Assembly: GCA_028282585.1 (NCBI GenBank)
Contig: JANQHR010000052.1
Location: forward strand, 68,571 to 132,570
Source of the DNA: Bacteroidales bacterium
Lineage (GTDB): Bacteria > Bacteroidota > Bacteroidia > Bacteroidales > UBA12077
DNA length: 64,000 nucleotides
Direction: 5' to 3'
In this document: in pieces, positions 18,448-28,365 of the stretch
How the letters are laid out: every line of letters starts with the position of its first letter
How positions within the stretch are numbered: position 1 is the stretch's first letter
The notes under the pieces: model-generated
Seen by the model: the letters and a program-made list of their open reading frames with translations, nothing else
Database searches by the model: none
What the model was told of the DNA's origin: nothing
Position numbers and translations under genes: made by a program

Positions 18448-20109
18448 ATGCCCGAACCAAAATCAACCCAAGTTTATGATATAGCCATTATTGGCGGAGG
18501 CGTAAGCGGATTAACCGCAGGAGCTATTGCCGCCAAATTTGGGTTAAAATGTTGTATTCTCGAAAAACAACCCCATTTAGGCGGTTATATTGCAGGATTT
18601 GATAAGGAAGGGTTTAAAATTGATACCGCCATTCATTGGTTAAATCAATGCAGCAAAAATGAAATGGCCGGTAGGATTTTCAGTTTAATTGGCAATGATT
18701 CGCCAGAATTAAAACCACTGGATAAAATACACCGGTTTAAAGGAGATTCTTACGATTATGTTTTAAGCAATAAGCCTGATGAATTGAAGGAAAAATTAAT
18801 CGAGGATTTTCCGCACGAAAAGAAAGGCATTCAGAAATTCTTTCGGGTAGCAAAAGGAATGGGTAAAGGGACCCTTGCATATGCCAAGCTGTTTAGAACT
18901 GATGAAAGTATGGCTTTTTTTGAAAGTATGTATTTCAAAATTAAGTTGCTCAGGTTTTATTTTCCTTTAATTAAATACATTTTTTATAGTGGTGATGGTG
19001 TTACGAAAGGATTAAATAAATTTTTTAAGGATAAAAACCTGCATAAGCTATATAGCTCCGAAAAGGATTTATTATCTTGTTTGTTTCCAATAGCATGGGC
19101 TTATAACAATGGTTACCAAATACCAAAAAAAGGTGGAGCAAGGGTTTTTATACAATGGTTAAAACATGTTAATGAATTTTATAAAAATGATATCATTACA
19201 AATTCAGAGGTAAAGCGCCTACATATTCAAAATAACAATTGCGAACGTATAGAATACACACAGGCTGGCGAAACTATTTTTATAAAAAGTAAACATGTCA
19301 TTTCAACCAATGACATCGAAACGCTCTATACTAAACAATTGTCAAAAAATGTAGTTAGCAATAAATTTAAAGAACGGTTAAACCATGCAGTTTTGTATAG
19401 TTCGGCATTCACAGTAAATATTGCGCTAAACTGTACAGCAGAATCATTGGGCATTGGCGAGGAATTAATAAGCATTGCCAAAGAAGGTATCCAACGAAAA
19501 GAACATGACGGAGGCAATCCATTAATAAGCGATATAAGTGTTTTAGCCCCATCTGCAAGAGATAAAACACTGGTGCCTGGAGGTAAGGGGTTAATTACCC
19601 TATATATGGCTGCATATATGGGTTATAAAAATAATTGGAGTACTGAAAAAGGCGAGAATGGTAATTTTATCCGCGGTGAGAGATATAACCAACTAAAAAA
19701 TGAAGTGGCAGAAATATTAATTAAACGAGTAGAGAAAGAGCTTGGTATTGGATTAAAGAAACACATTCAATTCTACGATGTATCCACTCCAATTACTTAC
19801 TACCGGTATACGGGAAATAAAGACGGAACCATGATGGGAGCCCGCCATGGAAAGGCAAACATGCAGGCAAAAATAGCACACCACCAAACAAAAGTTAAAA
19901 ATTTAATTATTGGCGGGCAATGGGCTGATTTGGGAGGCGGGGTTCCTATTGCCGTAAAATCCGCAACAAATGCAGTTTTACTTACACTAAAAAAAGAAAA
20001 TAAACAATCCTTTAAACTCTTAGCAAATTATATGGATGGAGAAATTTCTGTTGAGCAATTAAATTCATATGAGCCTGTAAAACCGTATGACAATTCCTGG
20101 AAAGCCTAA
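18448..20109 (+). CDS. Second FAD-dependent oxidoreductase (phytoene desaturase-like)
   Basis: IIGGGVSG, TPITYYRYTGN..G.MMG, GQWADLGGGVP. Confidence 0.82.
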   Translation: MPEPKSTQVYDIAIIGGGVSGLTAGAIAAKFGLKCCILEKQPHLGGYIAGFDKEGFKIDTAIHWLNQCSKNEMAGRIFSLIGNDSPELKPLDKIHRFKGDSYDYVLSNKPDELKEKLIEDFPHEKKGIQKFFRVAKGMGKGTLAYAKLFRTDESMAFFESMYFKIKLLRFYFPLIKYIFYSGDGVTKGLNKFFKDKNLHKLYSSEKDLLSCLFPIAWAYNNGYQIPKKGGARVFIQWLKHVNEFYKNDIITNSEVKRLHIQNNNCERIEYTQAGETIFIKSKHVISTNDIETLYTKQLSKNVVSNKFKERLNHAVLYSSAFTVNIALNCTAESLGIGEELISIAKEGIQRKEHDGGNPLISDISVLAPSARDKTLVPGGKGLITLYMAAYMGYKNNWSTEKGENGNFIRGERYNQLKNEVAEILIKRVEKELGIGLKKHIQFYDVSTPITYYRYTGNKDGTMMGARHGKANMQAKIAHHQTKVKNLIIGGQWADLGGGVPIAVKSATNAVLLTLKKENKQSFKLLANYMDGEISVEQLNSYEPVKPYDNSWKA

Positions 20110-20816
20110 TTAGTTCGGCATTTTAAGCAAAGGTTTTTTCTTGTGAGTTTTAACTTCCATTCTTCCACTTCTTCATTCTCAAATTGCCCAATGTACTTAA
20201 CATGGTGGTTTAAATTATTTAATGGCCTATATTGCTGTAAATAATAATTTCCCATTAAACCCTTTGATATTTCCTTTATCGTTTCAAGTGAATGGTACGG
20301 TTTTACCAAAGTTGTCCTAAATTCAAATTTAAGCCCCGTCTTTTTAATTAAATTTATCGATTCTTTAACCCTGTCCAATTCCATCACATTAAATTGTTCT
20401 CCAACAATAGCTTTATAATTATTTATTTCTAAAGCTGACTTTACATCCATGGCAATATAGTTAATCAACTTTTTGTCAATCAAATATTTCACCATTTCAG
20501 GGTTGGTTCCATTGGTATCTAACTTTACCAATAAATTAAGCTCTTTTATCTTTTTGATAAAGTTTGGCAAATTCCTATGAATAGTCGGTTCTCCACCAGT
20601 AATTACTACTGCATCCAGCAAGAGTTTATTTTTTGACAGGTAATCGAAAATATCAGGTTCTTCAATTAATCGGTTTTCCTTTATTCGTTCAGGTAAAACC
20701 AAATCAGGGTTATGGCAATAAAAGCACCTGAAATTACAACCCGAAGTAAAAACCACAGATGCTATATTGCCGGGAAAATCAATAAAACTTTGTTTAAGAA
20801 AACCTCCTATTTTCAT
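20106..20816 (-). CDS. nrdG: Anaerobic ribonucleotide reductase activating radical SAM protein
   Basis: SFIDFPG, GCNFRCFYCHNP (CxxxCxxC), TGGEPT, LDTNG, EFRTT; lies downstream of nrdD. Confidence 0.92.
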   Translation of the reverse strand: MKIGGFLKQSFIDFPGNIASVVFTSGCNFRCFYCHNPDLVLPERIKENRLIEEPDIFDYLSKNKLLLDAVVITGGEPTIHRNLPNFIKKIKELNLLVKLDTNGTNPEMVKYLIDKKLINYIAMDVKSALEINNYKAIVGEQFNVMELDRVKESINLIKKTGLKFEFRTTLVKPYHSLETIKEISKGLMGNYYLQQYRPLNNLNHHVKYIGQFENEEVEEWKLKLTRKNLCLKCRTN

Positions 20817-21277
20817 GTAAGTTCTTCAATTTCTATTCGAACAATCCTGTACCCTTTTAAAGATTCATTAGCTGCATAAACAATCCCGATAAAAACTGAG
20901 ATCATACCTATCAGGAAAAAAACAAGGCTTAAAAATTCTACTTCATTGGACCTCGTATATAAATTAATCCCAATACACAAAGATGCGATGATAAAACATG
21001 CTACTGCAAAAGAATACGCGAATACAGCATTTCGTACCATTCTTACACGTTCATTCAGGCGGTCAATCTGAATTCTTATGATATTTTCTCTTCGAATGTC
21101 ATCATCAATTTTCTTATCTAAATGAAGAAGTTTTCTCTTCTCATCATTTAATAAACGAATCCTGTTTACTACAATTGAATATTTATTATTCATCCCAAGA
21201 ATTAATAAACCGCAGGCTGATATCATCAACCCCGGAGCCAGCATGGCTTGTATGATTTTAACTATTGAATAATCCAT
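20813..21277 (-). CDS. DUF2721-like membrane protein
   Basis: QAMLAPGLMISACGLLIL...RIRLL; three hydrophobic segments. Confidence 0.7.
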   Translation of the reverse strand: MDYSIVKIIQAMLAPGLMISACGLLILGMNNKYSIVVNRIRLLNDEKRKLLHLDKKIDDDIRRENIIRIQIDRLNERVRMVRNAVFAYSFAVACFIIASLCIGINLYTRSNEVEFLSLVFFLIGMISVFIGIVYAANESLKGYRIVRIEIEELT

Positions 21278-21287
21278 GATAGTAAAT

Positions 21288-23465
21288 TTAATTAAACAAC
21301 TGTTTTTCTTCTACTTTATGTTCTATCTCAATTTCTTCAACCTTGGGCTTCCCATCAAATAATTTACGGTCTTTAAATTCAGCTGCTTTTCCGTCATTCC
21401 ATTGTTTAACAGGGCGTAAATAACCAACAATCCGAGAGTATACCGTACATTCCTGTTCTTTCCCTTTTTCCATGCATTTTGGGCAGGTTTTGTACTCACC
21501 GTATAAATATCCATGCTCGGGGCAAATACTAAACGTAGGCGAAAGTGTGATGTAAGGAAGCTTAAAATTATGTGTTATCTTTTTAATGATTTGTTTTACA
21601 GATGATGTTGACAATTGCTTTTCACCTAAAAAGGTATGGAAAACCGTACCTCCTGTGTATTTAGTTTGAAGGCCATCCTGTAAACGCAATGCTTCGAATA
21701 AGTCATCTGTAAAATTAACAGGCAACTGTGTTGAATTGGTATAATAGGGCTCTGCCCCTTTTTTTACAGCCTGTTCATTGGCTACCATAATATCAGGGTA
21801 TTGCATTTTATCAATTCTTGCCAAGCGGTATGTAGTTCCCTCAGCAGGTGTTGCTTCCAGGTTATAAATATGCCCTGTTTCTACCTGAAATTCTTCTAAT
21901 TTCTTTCGCATAAACAACATCACTTTTTCTCCAAAGGCATGGCCCTCATTTTCTCCAATCCCTGCACCGATAAAATTGATACAACATTCGTTCATTCCAA
22001 CAATTCCTATGGTAGAAAAATGGTTATCCCAGTACCTTTTATTCTTTTTATATAAATTTCTTAAATAGAACTTCGAATAAGGGTATAAGCCATTTTCAGT
22101 ATATCTTTCAATAAGCTTTCGTTTAATTTCCAGGCTATTTTTTGCCAGTTCCATTAACCTTGTTAACCGTTGAAAGAATTCTTCCTCACCACTGGATTCA
22201 TATCCCAGTTTAGGTAAGTTCAGTGTTACAACACCAATTGACCCCGTTAGCGGGTTTGCCCCAAATAAACCTCCTCCCCGGTTTTTCAACTCACGTTTAT
22301 CTAACCTTAACCTACAACACATACTCCTTACGTCATCAGGGCTCATATCAGAATTTACAAAATTTGAAAAATATGGGATGCCATATTTCGAAGCCATTTC
22401 CCATATCGGTTCGTATTGTGGGTTGTCCCAGTCAAAATCCTTTGTAATGTTGTAAGTTGGTATCGGAAAAGAAAACACACTGCCGTTTGCATCTCCTTCG
22501 AGCATAACCTCTGCCAGTGCCTGGTTAAATACATCCATCTCCTCCTGGAATTCACCATATGTTTTTTCTTGAATTTCCCCACCGATAATTACCGGTTGGC
22601 TTTTTAAATTACCGGGGACTTTTAAATCAATTGTAACATTGGTAAAAGGAGTTTGAAAACCAACGCGTGTAGGAACATTTATATTAAAAAAGAACTCTTG
22701 CAAACATTGTTTAACTTGCTGATAAGTTAACTTATCATACCGAATGAACGGAGCCAGGTATGTATCGAAGCTTGAAAAAGCCTGTGCACCGGCAGCTTCT
22801 CCTTGCATGGTATAAAAGAAGTTAACAATTTGCCCTAAGGCCGTTCTTAAATGCTTTGGGGGTAAACTTTGTGTTTTTCCTTCAACACCTTTAAACCCGG
22901 TTAAAAGTAAATCTTCTAAATCCCACCCCACGCAATAAACACTTAAAAATCCAAGGTCATGAATATGCAAGTTGCCTTTCTTATGTGCTTCTGCAATTTC
23001 GTTTGGATAAATCTGGTTCAACCAATATTGAGAACTTAGAATCGTAGAAACATGCTGGTTTAGGCCTTGCAGAGAGTAAGTTGAATTTGCACTTTCTTTA
23101 ATCCTCCAATCATTTAACGAAATGTAATTTTCTATGATATCAATGTTAGAAAATATCTCCTTTGTTTCGCGAATATTTTGATGCTGGTACCTATAAATAA
23201 TATAGGCTTTAGCGGCTTCAAAGCCACGATTTTCAAACAGTACTTTTTCAACTAAATCCTGGACTATTTCAACGGTTGGAGTATTGTTTGAATTAAAGTT
23301 AATCTTCTCAACCACTTGCCCTGTTAACTTGTTTGCTAAATCACGGTTTGGTTTGCCCACCGCCCTCAATGCCCTGAAAATCGCAAAAGAAATTTTATCC
23401 TGGTCGAAAGGTGCAATTCTTCCATCACGTTTAATAATTGATTTTTTTTCTAAAGTTGCATTCAT
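21288..23465 (-). CDS. nrdD: Class III anaerobic ribonucleoside-triphosphate reductase with ATP cone
   Basis: IIKRDG ATP cone, HIHDL, SMCCRL, CPEHG/CPKC, YSRIVGYLRP glycyl-radical motif. Confidence 0.95.
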   Translation of the reverse strand: MNATLEKKSIIKRDGRIAPFDQDKISFAIFRALRAVGKPNRDLANKLTGQVVEKINFNSNNTPTVEIVQDLVEKVLFENRGFEAAKAYIIYRYQHQNIRETKEIFSNIDIIENYISLNDWRIKESANSTYSLQGLNQHVSTILSSQYWLNQIYPNEIAEAHKKGNLHIHDLGFLSVYCVGWDLEDLLLTGFKGVEGKTQSLPPKHLRTALGQIVNFFYTMQGEAAGAQAFSSFDTYLAPFIRYDKLTYQQVKQCLQEFFFNINVPTRVGFQTPFTNVTIDLKVPGNLKSQPVIIGGEIQEKTYGEFQEEMDVFNQALAEVMLEGDANGSVFSFPIPTYNITKDFDWDNPQYEPIWEMASKYGIPYFSNFVNSDMSPDDVRSMCCRLRLDKRELKNRGGGLFGANPLTGSIGVVTLNLPKLGYESSGEEEFFQRLTRLMELAKNSLEIKRKLIERYTENGLYPYSKFYLRNLYKKNKRYWDNHFSTIGIVGMNECCINFIGAGIGENEGHAFGEKVMLFMRKKLEEFQVETGHIYNLEATPAEGTTYRLARIDKMQYPDIMVANEQAVKKGAEPYYTNSTQLPVNFTDDLFEALRLQDGLQTKYTGGTVFHTFLGEKQLSTSSVKQIIKKITHNFKLPYITLSPTFSICPEHGYLYGEYKTCPKCMEKGKEQECTVYSRIVGYLRPVKQWNDGKAAEFKDRKLFDGKPKVEEIEIEHKVEEKQLFN

Positions 23466-23537
23466 TTTAAAAAAATTTAAGCGTTAATAATACAACTTCG
23501 GATATCAGTAAAGGAAGGAAAGTAATTACCTGCCTTT

Positions 23538-23805
23538 GCTTTTCACCCGAAAGCTACAGTTTAATATTGGCAGGTCTTCTGGCTTGTTCCGTGCTTTTTA
23601 CCTTCTCACACTTTTTAACTAGTGTAATGGTATTTGTAAAAACATTTTGGGATCCCGGTGAATAATTCTTATTACCGGGATTCTATTTTAGTAATCTTTT
23701 TCTTTCATAATTTGAAAAAGCTAACTAAAATTAGAACTTACAGCTGCGGGGACAGCTCCTGATTTAAACAGGATTCCCTCTTAATTCGCATTTGAAACCA
23801 ATACG
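23538..23805 (-). ncRNA. Cobalamin (B12) riboswitch upstream of nrdD
   Basis: Minus strand reads AAGAGGGAATCCTG-TTTAAATCAGG-AGCTGTCCCCGCAGCTGTAAG ... GAGAAGG ... AAGCCAGAAGACCTGCC (B12 box). A downstream GCTTTCGGGTGAAAAGC hairpin has CGGG able to kiss the CCCG loop. Confidence 0.92.
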
Positions 23806-24005
23806 GGAACAATTTTAAACAGAATTAACGTAGGCTTAAAATTGAGTTTTGAACAATTACACCGAATATGGGAATTAATAACCTATTAATTCAAGCATTT
23901 CGAATTGTTAATAACATTTGCAGATTTAGATCGCTGTCAAATGAAATATGGCTGATTTAGCAATTTATACATCAAAATTTCATTTTAAAGAACCAAAATT
24001 TATCT

Positions 24006-24013
24006 TAATTTTG
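24006..24013 (+). promoter_or_regulatory. Bacteroidota -7 promoter box
   Basis: TAATTTTG (TAnnTTTG) 24 bp upstream of ATG 24038. Confidence 0.55.
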
Positions 24014-24037
24014 TCCACCTTACAAAACAAGAAAATC

Positions 24038-24913
24038 ATGAAATTATCTAATATTCTAAAGCTTTTTGTTGCAATAATACTATTGCATTCATGCGCTGTT
24101 TCAAAATTAACACAGGAAGGAAATACAGCTTACGAAGCAAGTAATTACGAAGAAGCCCTTTCAAAATACAGCCAAATAATTGAGAGTGCCGAAAATTCAG
24201 GCAAAAAAGCTAAAGCCCCTGTGTATGTAAATGCAGGAATCTCAGCATTGGAACTGGAGCAAATAGATAAAGCAAGAAAATACCTTGAATCTGCTAAAGA
24301 ATTACAATTCGCATCTCCCGGATTGTATGCAGCGCTTGCAAAAGTATATAAATCTATTGATAACCTATCTAAAGAAATAACAGCACTAGAGGCATACCAT
24401 AAAAATTTTCCACAGGGAAAAGAAATTAATGAAATAAATGCCCGCTTGGTTGAAACATATGTAGAAAGTGAAAATTGGGATTATGCGGTAGATTTATGGC
24501 CTACAGTTGAAGCACAAGCTCAATCGGATGTTCGTATGCTAGCAAACTATTTAACCGTACACAAAAATTTGAAAAATAATGAAACCTCCGAGCAATTAGC
24601 CAAGCAAATTGAAAAATTGGATAAAAACAACATTACCTTGCTTGAATACAAAGCAGAGAAATATTTTTGGCTGGCCGAAAACCTTTACGTAAGTGAAATG
24701 AAAGCATATAAAAAGAAAAAGACCAGAAGCCAGTATAACAAATTGCTAAAAGCATTGGACAGGGTATGGCCTAATTTTAAAATTTCCCGGGACTTGTACC
24801 TGAAATTGTATAAAATAGACCCAAAACCAGAATATGCCAAATTTTTAGCACAAATTTATACCCGTTACGACGATAAGCAAAAGGCCGCTTACTACGAAAA
24901 AAGGTCGAAATAA
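24038..24913 (+). CDS. TPR-repeat lipoprotein
   Basis: MKLSNILK...LLHSC lipobox from ATG 24038; helical TPR-like pattern. Confidence 0.72.
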   Translation: MKLSNILKLFVAIILLHSCAVSKLTQEGNTAYEASNYEEALSKYSQIIESAENSGKKAKAPVYVNAGISALELEQIDKARKYLESAKELQFASPGLYAALAKVYKSIDNLSKEITALEAYHKNFPQGKEINEINARLVETYVESENWDYAVDLWPTVEAQAQSDVRMLANYLTVHKNLKNNETSEQLAKQIEKLDKNNITLLEYKAEKYFWLAENLYVSEMKAYKKKKTRSQYNKLLKALDRVWPNFKISRDLYLKLYKIDPKPEYAKFLAQIYTRYDDKQKAAYYEKRSK

Positions 24914-24927
24914 AGCAAAATATGGTT

Positions 24928-24956
24928 ACGGGGGTTAAAATTAGCTCCCGTTTTTT
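24928..24956 (+). terminator. Rho-independent terminator
   Basis: acgggggttaa-aa-ttagctcccgt stem followed by a T run. Confidence 0.7.
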
Positions 24957-25004
24957 ATTCTTTTAAGTTTAAGATGTTAAATTTGAGGTTCCTAAAATTT
25001 ACTG

Positions 25005-26315
25005 ATGATGAAGAATTTTCCGGAAGATATTGACCAGCGTTCCAAAGAAGAAATAAAAAAGTACCAGGAAGCGCAGTTGCAAGAACTACTTCAATATGTA
25101 AATAAGAACTCAAAATTTTATTCAGGGCAATTTAAAGAGTTTAACATTGATGTAAACCAAATTAAATCGCTAGAGGCGCTTCAAAAACTTCCTTTTACTA
25201 CAAAAGATGACCTGTACGAACAAAACGATGATTTTATTTGTGTTGATAAACAAAAGATTGTTGATTACATCACAACTTCAGGAACATTGGGCGACCCTGT
25301 TACATTTGCTATGACAGATGCCGATTTGGAAAGGTTAGCTTACAACGAATACATATCATTTAAATGCTCCAATGGAACAAAAGACGATATTTACCAGTTA
25401 ATGGTAACACTTGACAGGAGGTTTATGGCAGGCCTTGCCTATTTTTTAGGAATTAAAAGGCTGGGTGCAGGAATGGTCCGCGTTGGAAACGGAATGATTG
25501 AATTGCAGTGGGACACCATCCGCAGAATAAAACCGAATGCTTTGGTCGCTGTGCCTTCGTTTATCCTTAAGCTCATTGAATATGCCGAAGCCAACGGAAT
25601 TGACTATAGAAACTCAAGTATTAAAAAAGCAATATGTATTGGCGAAGCCTTAAGAAATCCTGATTTTACCTTAAATACCTTGGGCCAACGAATAAAAGAT
25701 AAATGGGATATTAAATTATATTCAACCTATGCATCCACTGAAATGGGAGCTGCTTTTGCCGAATGCGAAAATGGAATTGGAGGTCACCATAGGCCTGAAT
25801 TACTTATTACTGAATTTGTGGATGAATACAATAACCCGGTTCAAGATGGGCAGCCGGGTGAACTAGTAATTACAACTCTGGGAGTTGAAGGCATGCCTTT
25901 GATACGGTTTAAAACGGGCGACATTGTTGAATATCATGCTGAACCATGCAAATGCGGGCGCAATTCGGTGCGGTTAGGGCCTGTTATTGGCCGTAAAAAC
26001 GAAATGATCAAGTACAAAGGAACTACCCTCTACCCTCCAGCTTTATACGATATTCTGAATAATATGAAGGGAATTGAAAATTATATCATCGAAGTATCAA
26101 CCAATCAGATTGGTACAGACGAAATTTTAATTCGTATTGCAACCAATGGTAACAAACCTGATAATTTTGAAAAACTCATAAAAGACCATTTCAGGGCAAA
26201 GCTAAGGGTTGCCCCAACCATTCAATTCGAATCTAAAGAATCAATAAACAAGGTAAAGTTCCCTGAATTAAAGCGTAAACCGGTTGTTTTTATTGATAAG
26301 AGGAAGAAGAAGTAA
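25005..26315 (+). CDS. Phenylacetate-CoA ligase family AMP-binding enzyme (probable aryl starter CoA/ACP ligase)
   Basis: LPFTTKDDL, TTSGTLG, YASTEMG, FKTGD, CKCGR. Confidence 0.85.
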   Translation: MMKNFPEDIDQRSKEEIKKYQEAQLQELLQYVNKNSKFYSGQFKEFNIDVNQIKSLEALQKLPFTTKDDLYEQNDDFICVDKQKIVDYITTSGTLGDPVTFAMTDADLERLAYNEYISFKCSNGTKDDIYQLMVTLDRRFMAGLAYFLGIKRLGAGMVRVGNGMIELQWDTIRRIKPNALVAVPSFILKLIEYAEANGIDYRNSSIKKAICIGEALRNPDFTLNTLGQRIKDKWDIKLYSTYASTEMGAAFAECENGIGGHHRPELLITEFVDEYNNPVQDGQPGELVITTLGVEGMPLIRFKTGDIVEYHAEPCKCGRNSVRLGPVIGRKNEMIKYKGTTLYPPALYDILNNMKGIENYIIEVSTNQIGTDEILIRIATNGNKPDNFEKLIKDHFRAKLRVAPTIQFESKESINKVKFPELKRKPVVFIDKRKKK

Positions 26316-26650
26316 AATTTTATATAGTAAAAGATTATAAATCAAAACCTACTGGTATTTCACTTGCAGTTTTTTATTATAAGACTATTATCTTATTATT
26401 CACTTTTATAAGGTTTTAATTTTATTTTTATTTAAAAAGAATGATCAGCTAATTAACATTTATGAAATAATCCTTCCTTTCCTATTTTTTCTTACAAAAC
26501 ATTACCTCTGTTTTCATTGTTATAATATGTCATTTTAGTCAAACCAATATATGTAAGATACATGTAAAAGTATATTTGGGACATGTATATATATTTCTAT
26601 TGACAACCAATAAATAAATTAATACCTTGTGGGCAACTCTAGTTTATTCT

Positions 26651-27070
26651 ATGAAAACCGAGTATCAAATAATTAATGAGGAAAAACTTTTATTACTAAA
26701 GTTTATTGGAGCCTGGTCTTTGGACGATTATAAAAAATCACTGGAAAAATTTCTTCAAATGGAAAATCTTGAATCAATAAATAAAATATTGTCAGATTTT
26801 AGAGAAGTATCTTCTGAACAGGCGATAGGGCAAGTAAAAGAATTAGTCGAAATAAGAGAAAAAATCATCAAAAAGAAGTATACTCATGTACGTATTGTGA
26901 ACAATCCATTAATAACCGGGCTTGCACATCTTTACCGTGAGGAGTTAAATAAAAAAGGGTATTTGGATAATTATTGTTCCACTATAGAACGTGCTATCAC
27001 TATATTAAATCTGAATATTGAAACTAAGAAAGTGGAAAATTTACTTAATAATCTGGAAAATAATATATAA
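26651..27070 (+). CDS. Hypothetical protein (STAS/SpoIIAA-like small alpha/beta)
   Basis: ORF with ATG 26651; ILSDFRE segment; the fold call is tentative. Confidence 0.5.
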   Translation: MKTEYQIINEEKLLLLKFIGAWSLDDYKKSLEKFLQMENLESINKILSDFREVSSEQAIGQVKELVEIREKIIKKKYTHVRIVNNPLITGLAHLYREELNKKGYLDNYCSTIERAITILNLNIETKKVENLLNNLENNI

Positions 27071-27193
27071 TCCCTCTCTTAAGATTGCAGATTATCAGTA
27101 AAAATGAACAAACAACAAAATATTGAGTTTAAATAGAAATTATAAGAACCAAAAAGTAATTATAACTTATGTTGGGTGGAAAAATAAACTGAT

Positions 27194-28108
27194 ATGAAAA
27201 ATAATCAAAATTGGCCGAATTTGGAATTTTCCCGATTGAAAGATACTTTGGAAACATTGCACCAGTGGATCCAGATTGTTGGTAAAATCAGACTGAAGAC
27301 GATGCCATGGCAAAACCATTCTTGGCATACAACTCTTTATATTACAACCAACGGATTTTCAACGCATAGCATTCCTTATCAAGGACGTGCCTTTCAGATT
27401 GATTTTGATTTCAAGATACACAAACTTTTTATACGTTGCTCAAACACAGAATCATTAGAAATGGAACTTCAATCAAGAACTGTGGTTGATTTTTATAAAG
27501 AGTTATTCGAGAAATTATCATTTCTTGAGTTAAATGTAAATATACACCCTTGTCCAAATGAAATAGAACCTGCAATTCCATTTTATGAAAATACAGTAAA
27601 TAAATATTATGATCCAAATGAGGCTAATGCACTTTGGCAAGCAATGCTAAAAACAAATGAAGTGTTTAATCAATTTAGATCGCGGTTCATTGGCAAAGCA
27701 AGTCCTGTTCATCTTTTCTGGGGAGCATTTGACTTAGCAGTAACCCGATTTTCAGGTAAACCGGCTCCTCTTCATCAAGGAGGAATGCCAAATATGCCTT
27801 TGGATGTAATGCAGGAAGCCTACTCACAAGAAGTTAGTAGCGCTGGATTCTGGCCAGGTTCAAAAGATTTTCCTGTTCCTATATTTTACTCATATGCCTA
27901 CCCCGCAACATCAAACTTCGCGGAGCAGAAAATAATACCTAAACAAGCATATTATAGTCAAGAAATGGGAGAATTCATTTTGAAATATGATGATGTAAGA
28001 AACTCCGAAAATCCTGAAAAAACATTGTATAAATTTTTACAAACTACTTATGAGGCAGCTGCCAACACTTCTAATTGGAATAGAAATAAATTAGAAATGA
28101 AGTATTAA
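27194..28108 (+). CDS. DUF5996 family protein
   Basis: LHQWIQIVGKIRL, NHSWH, FIGKASPVHLFWGAFDLAVTRFSG, SAGFWPG, FYSYAYP. Confidence 0.82.
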   Translation: MKNNQNWPNLEFSRLKDTLETLHQWIQIVGKIRLKTMPWQNHSWHTTLYITTNGFSTHSIPYQGRAFQIDFDFKIHKLFIRCSNTESLEMELQSRTVVDFYKELFEKLSFLELNVNIHPCPNEIEPAIPFYENTVNKYYDPNEANALWQAMLKTNEVFNQFRSRFIGKASPVHLFWGAFDLAVTRFSGKPAPLHQGGMPNMPLDVMQEAYSQEVSSAGFWPGSKDFPVPIFYSYAYPATSNFAEQKIIPKQAYYSQEMGEFILKYDDVRNSENPEKTLYKFLQTTYEAAANTSNWNRNKLEMKY

Positions 28109-28365
28109 GCAAAACGTAGAACTATGCAAAGGATAAGTATAGTTCAGCGGACAAAAAATACTCACTTTACGAACCAAGTTTTTCATAATTGCATTAATCA
28201 ATATGAGGGTATCATGGTATAAGTTGTTATATTTCAAGCATAAGTATTAATTTTTTTGTAATTTGTAAAAGTAAAGATTAGGTAATGTTAAAAATGAAAA
28301 TAAGATACTTAACTATAATAAACTGATAATGAAAAGGTAAAGTCAAATTTTAGATAGGAGTCCAA

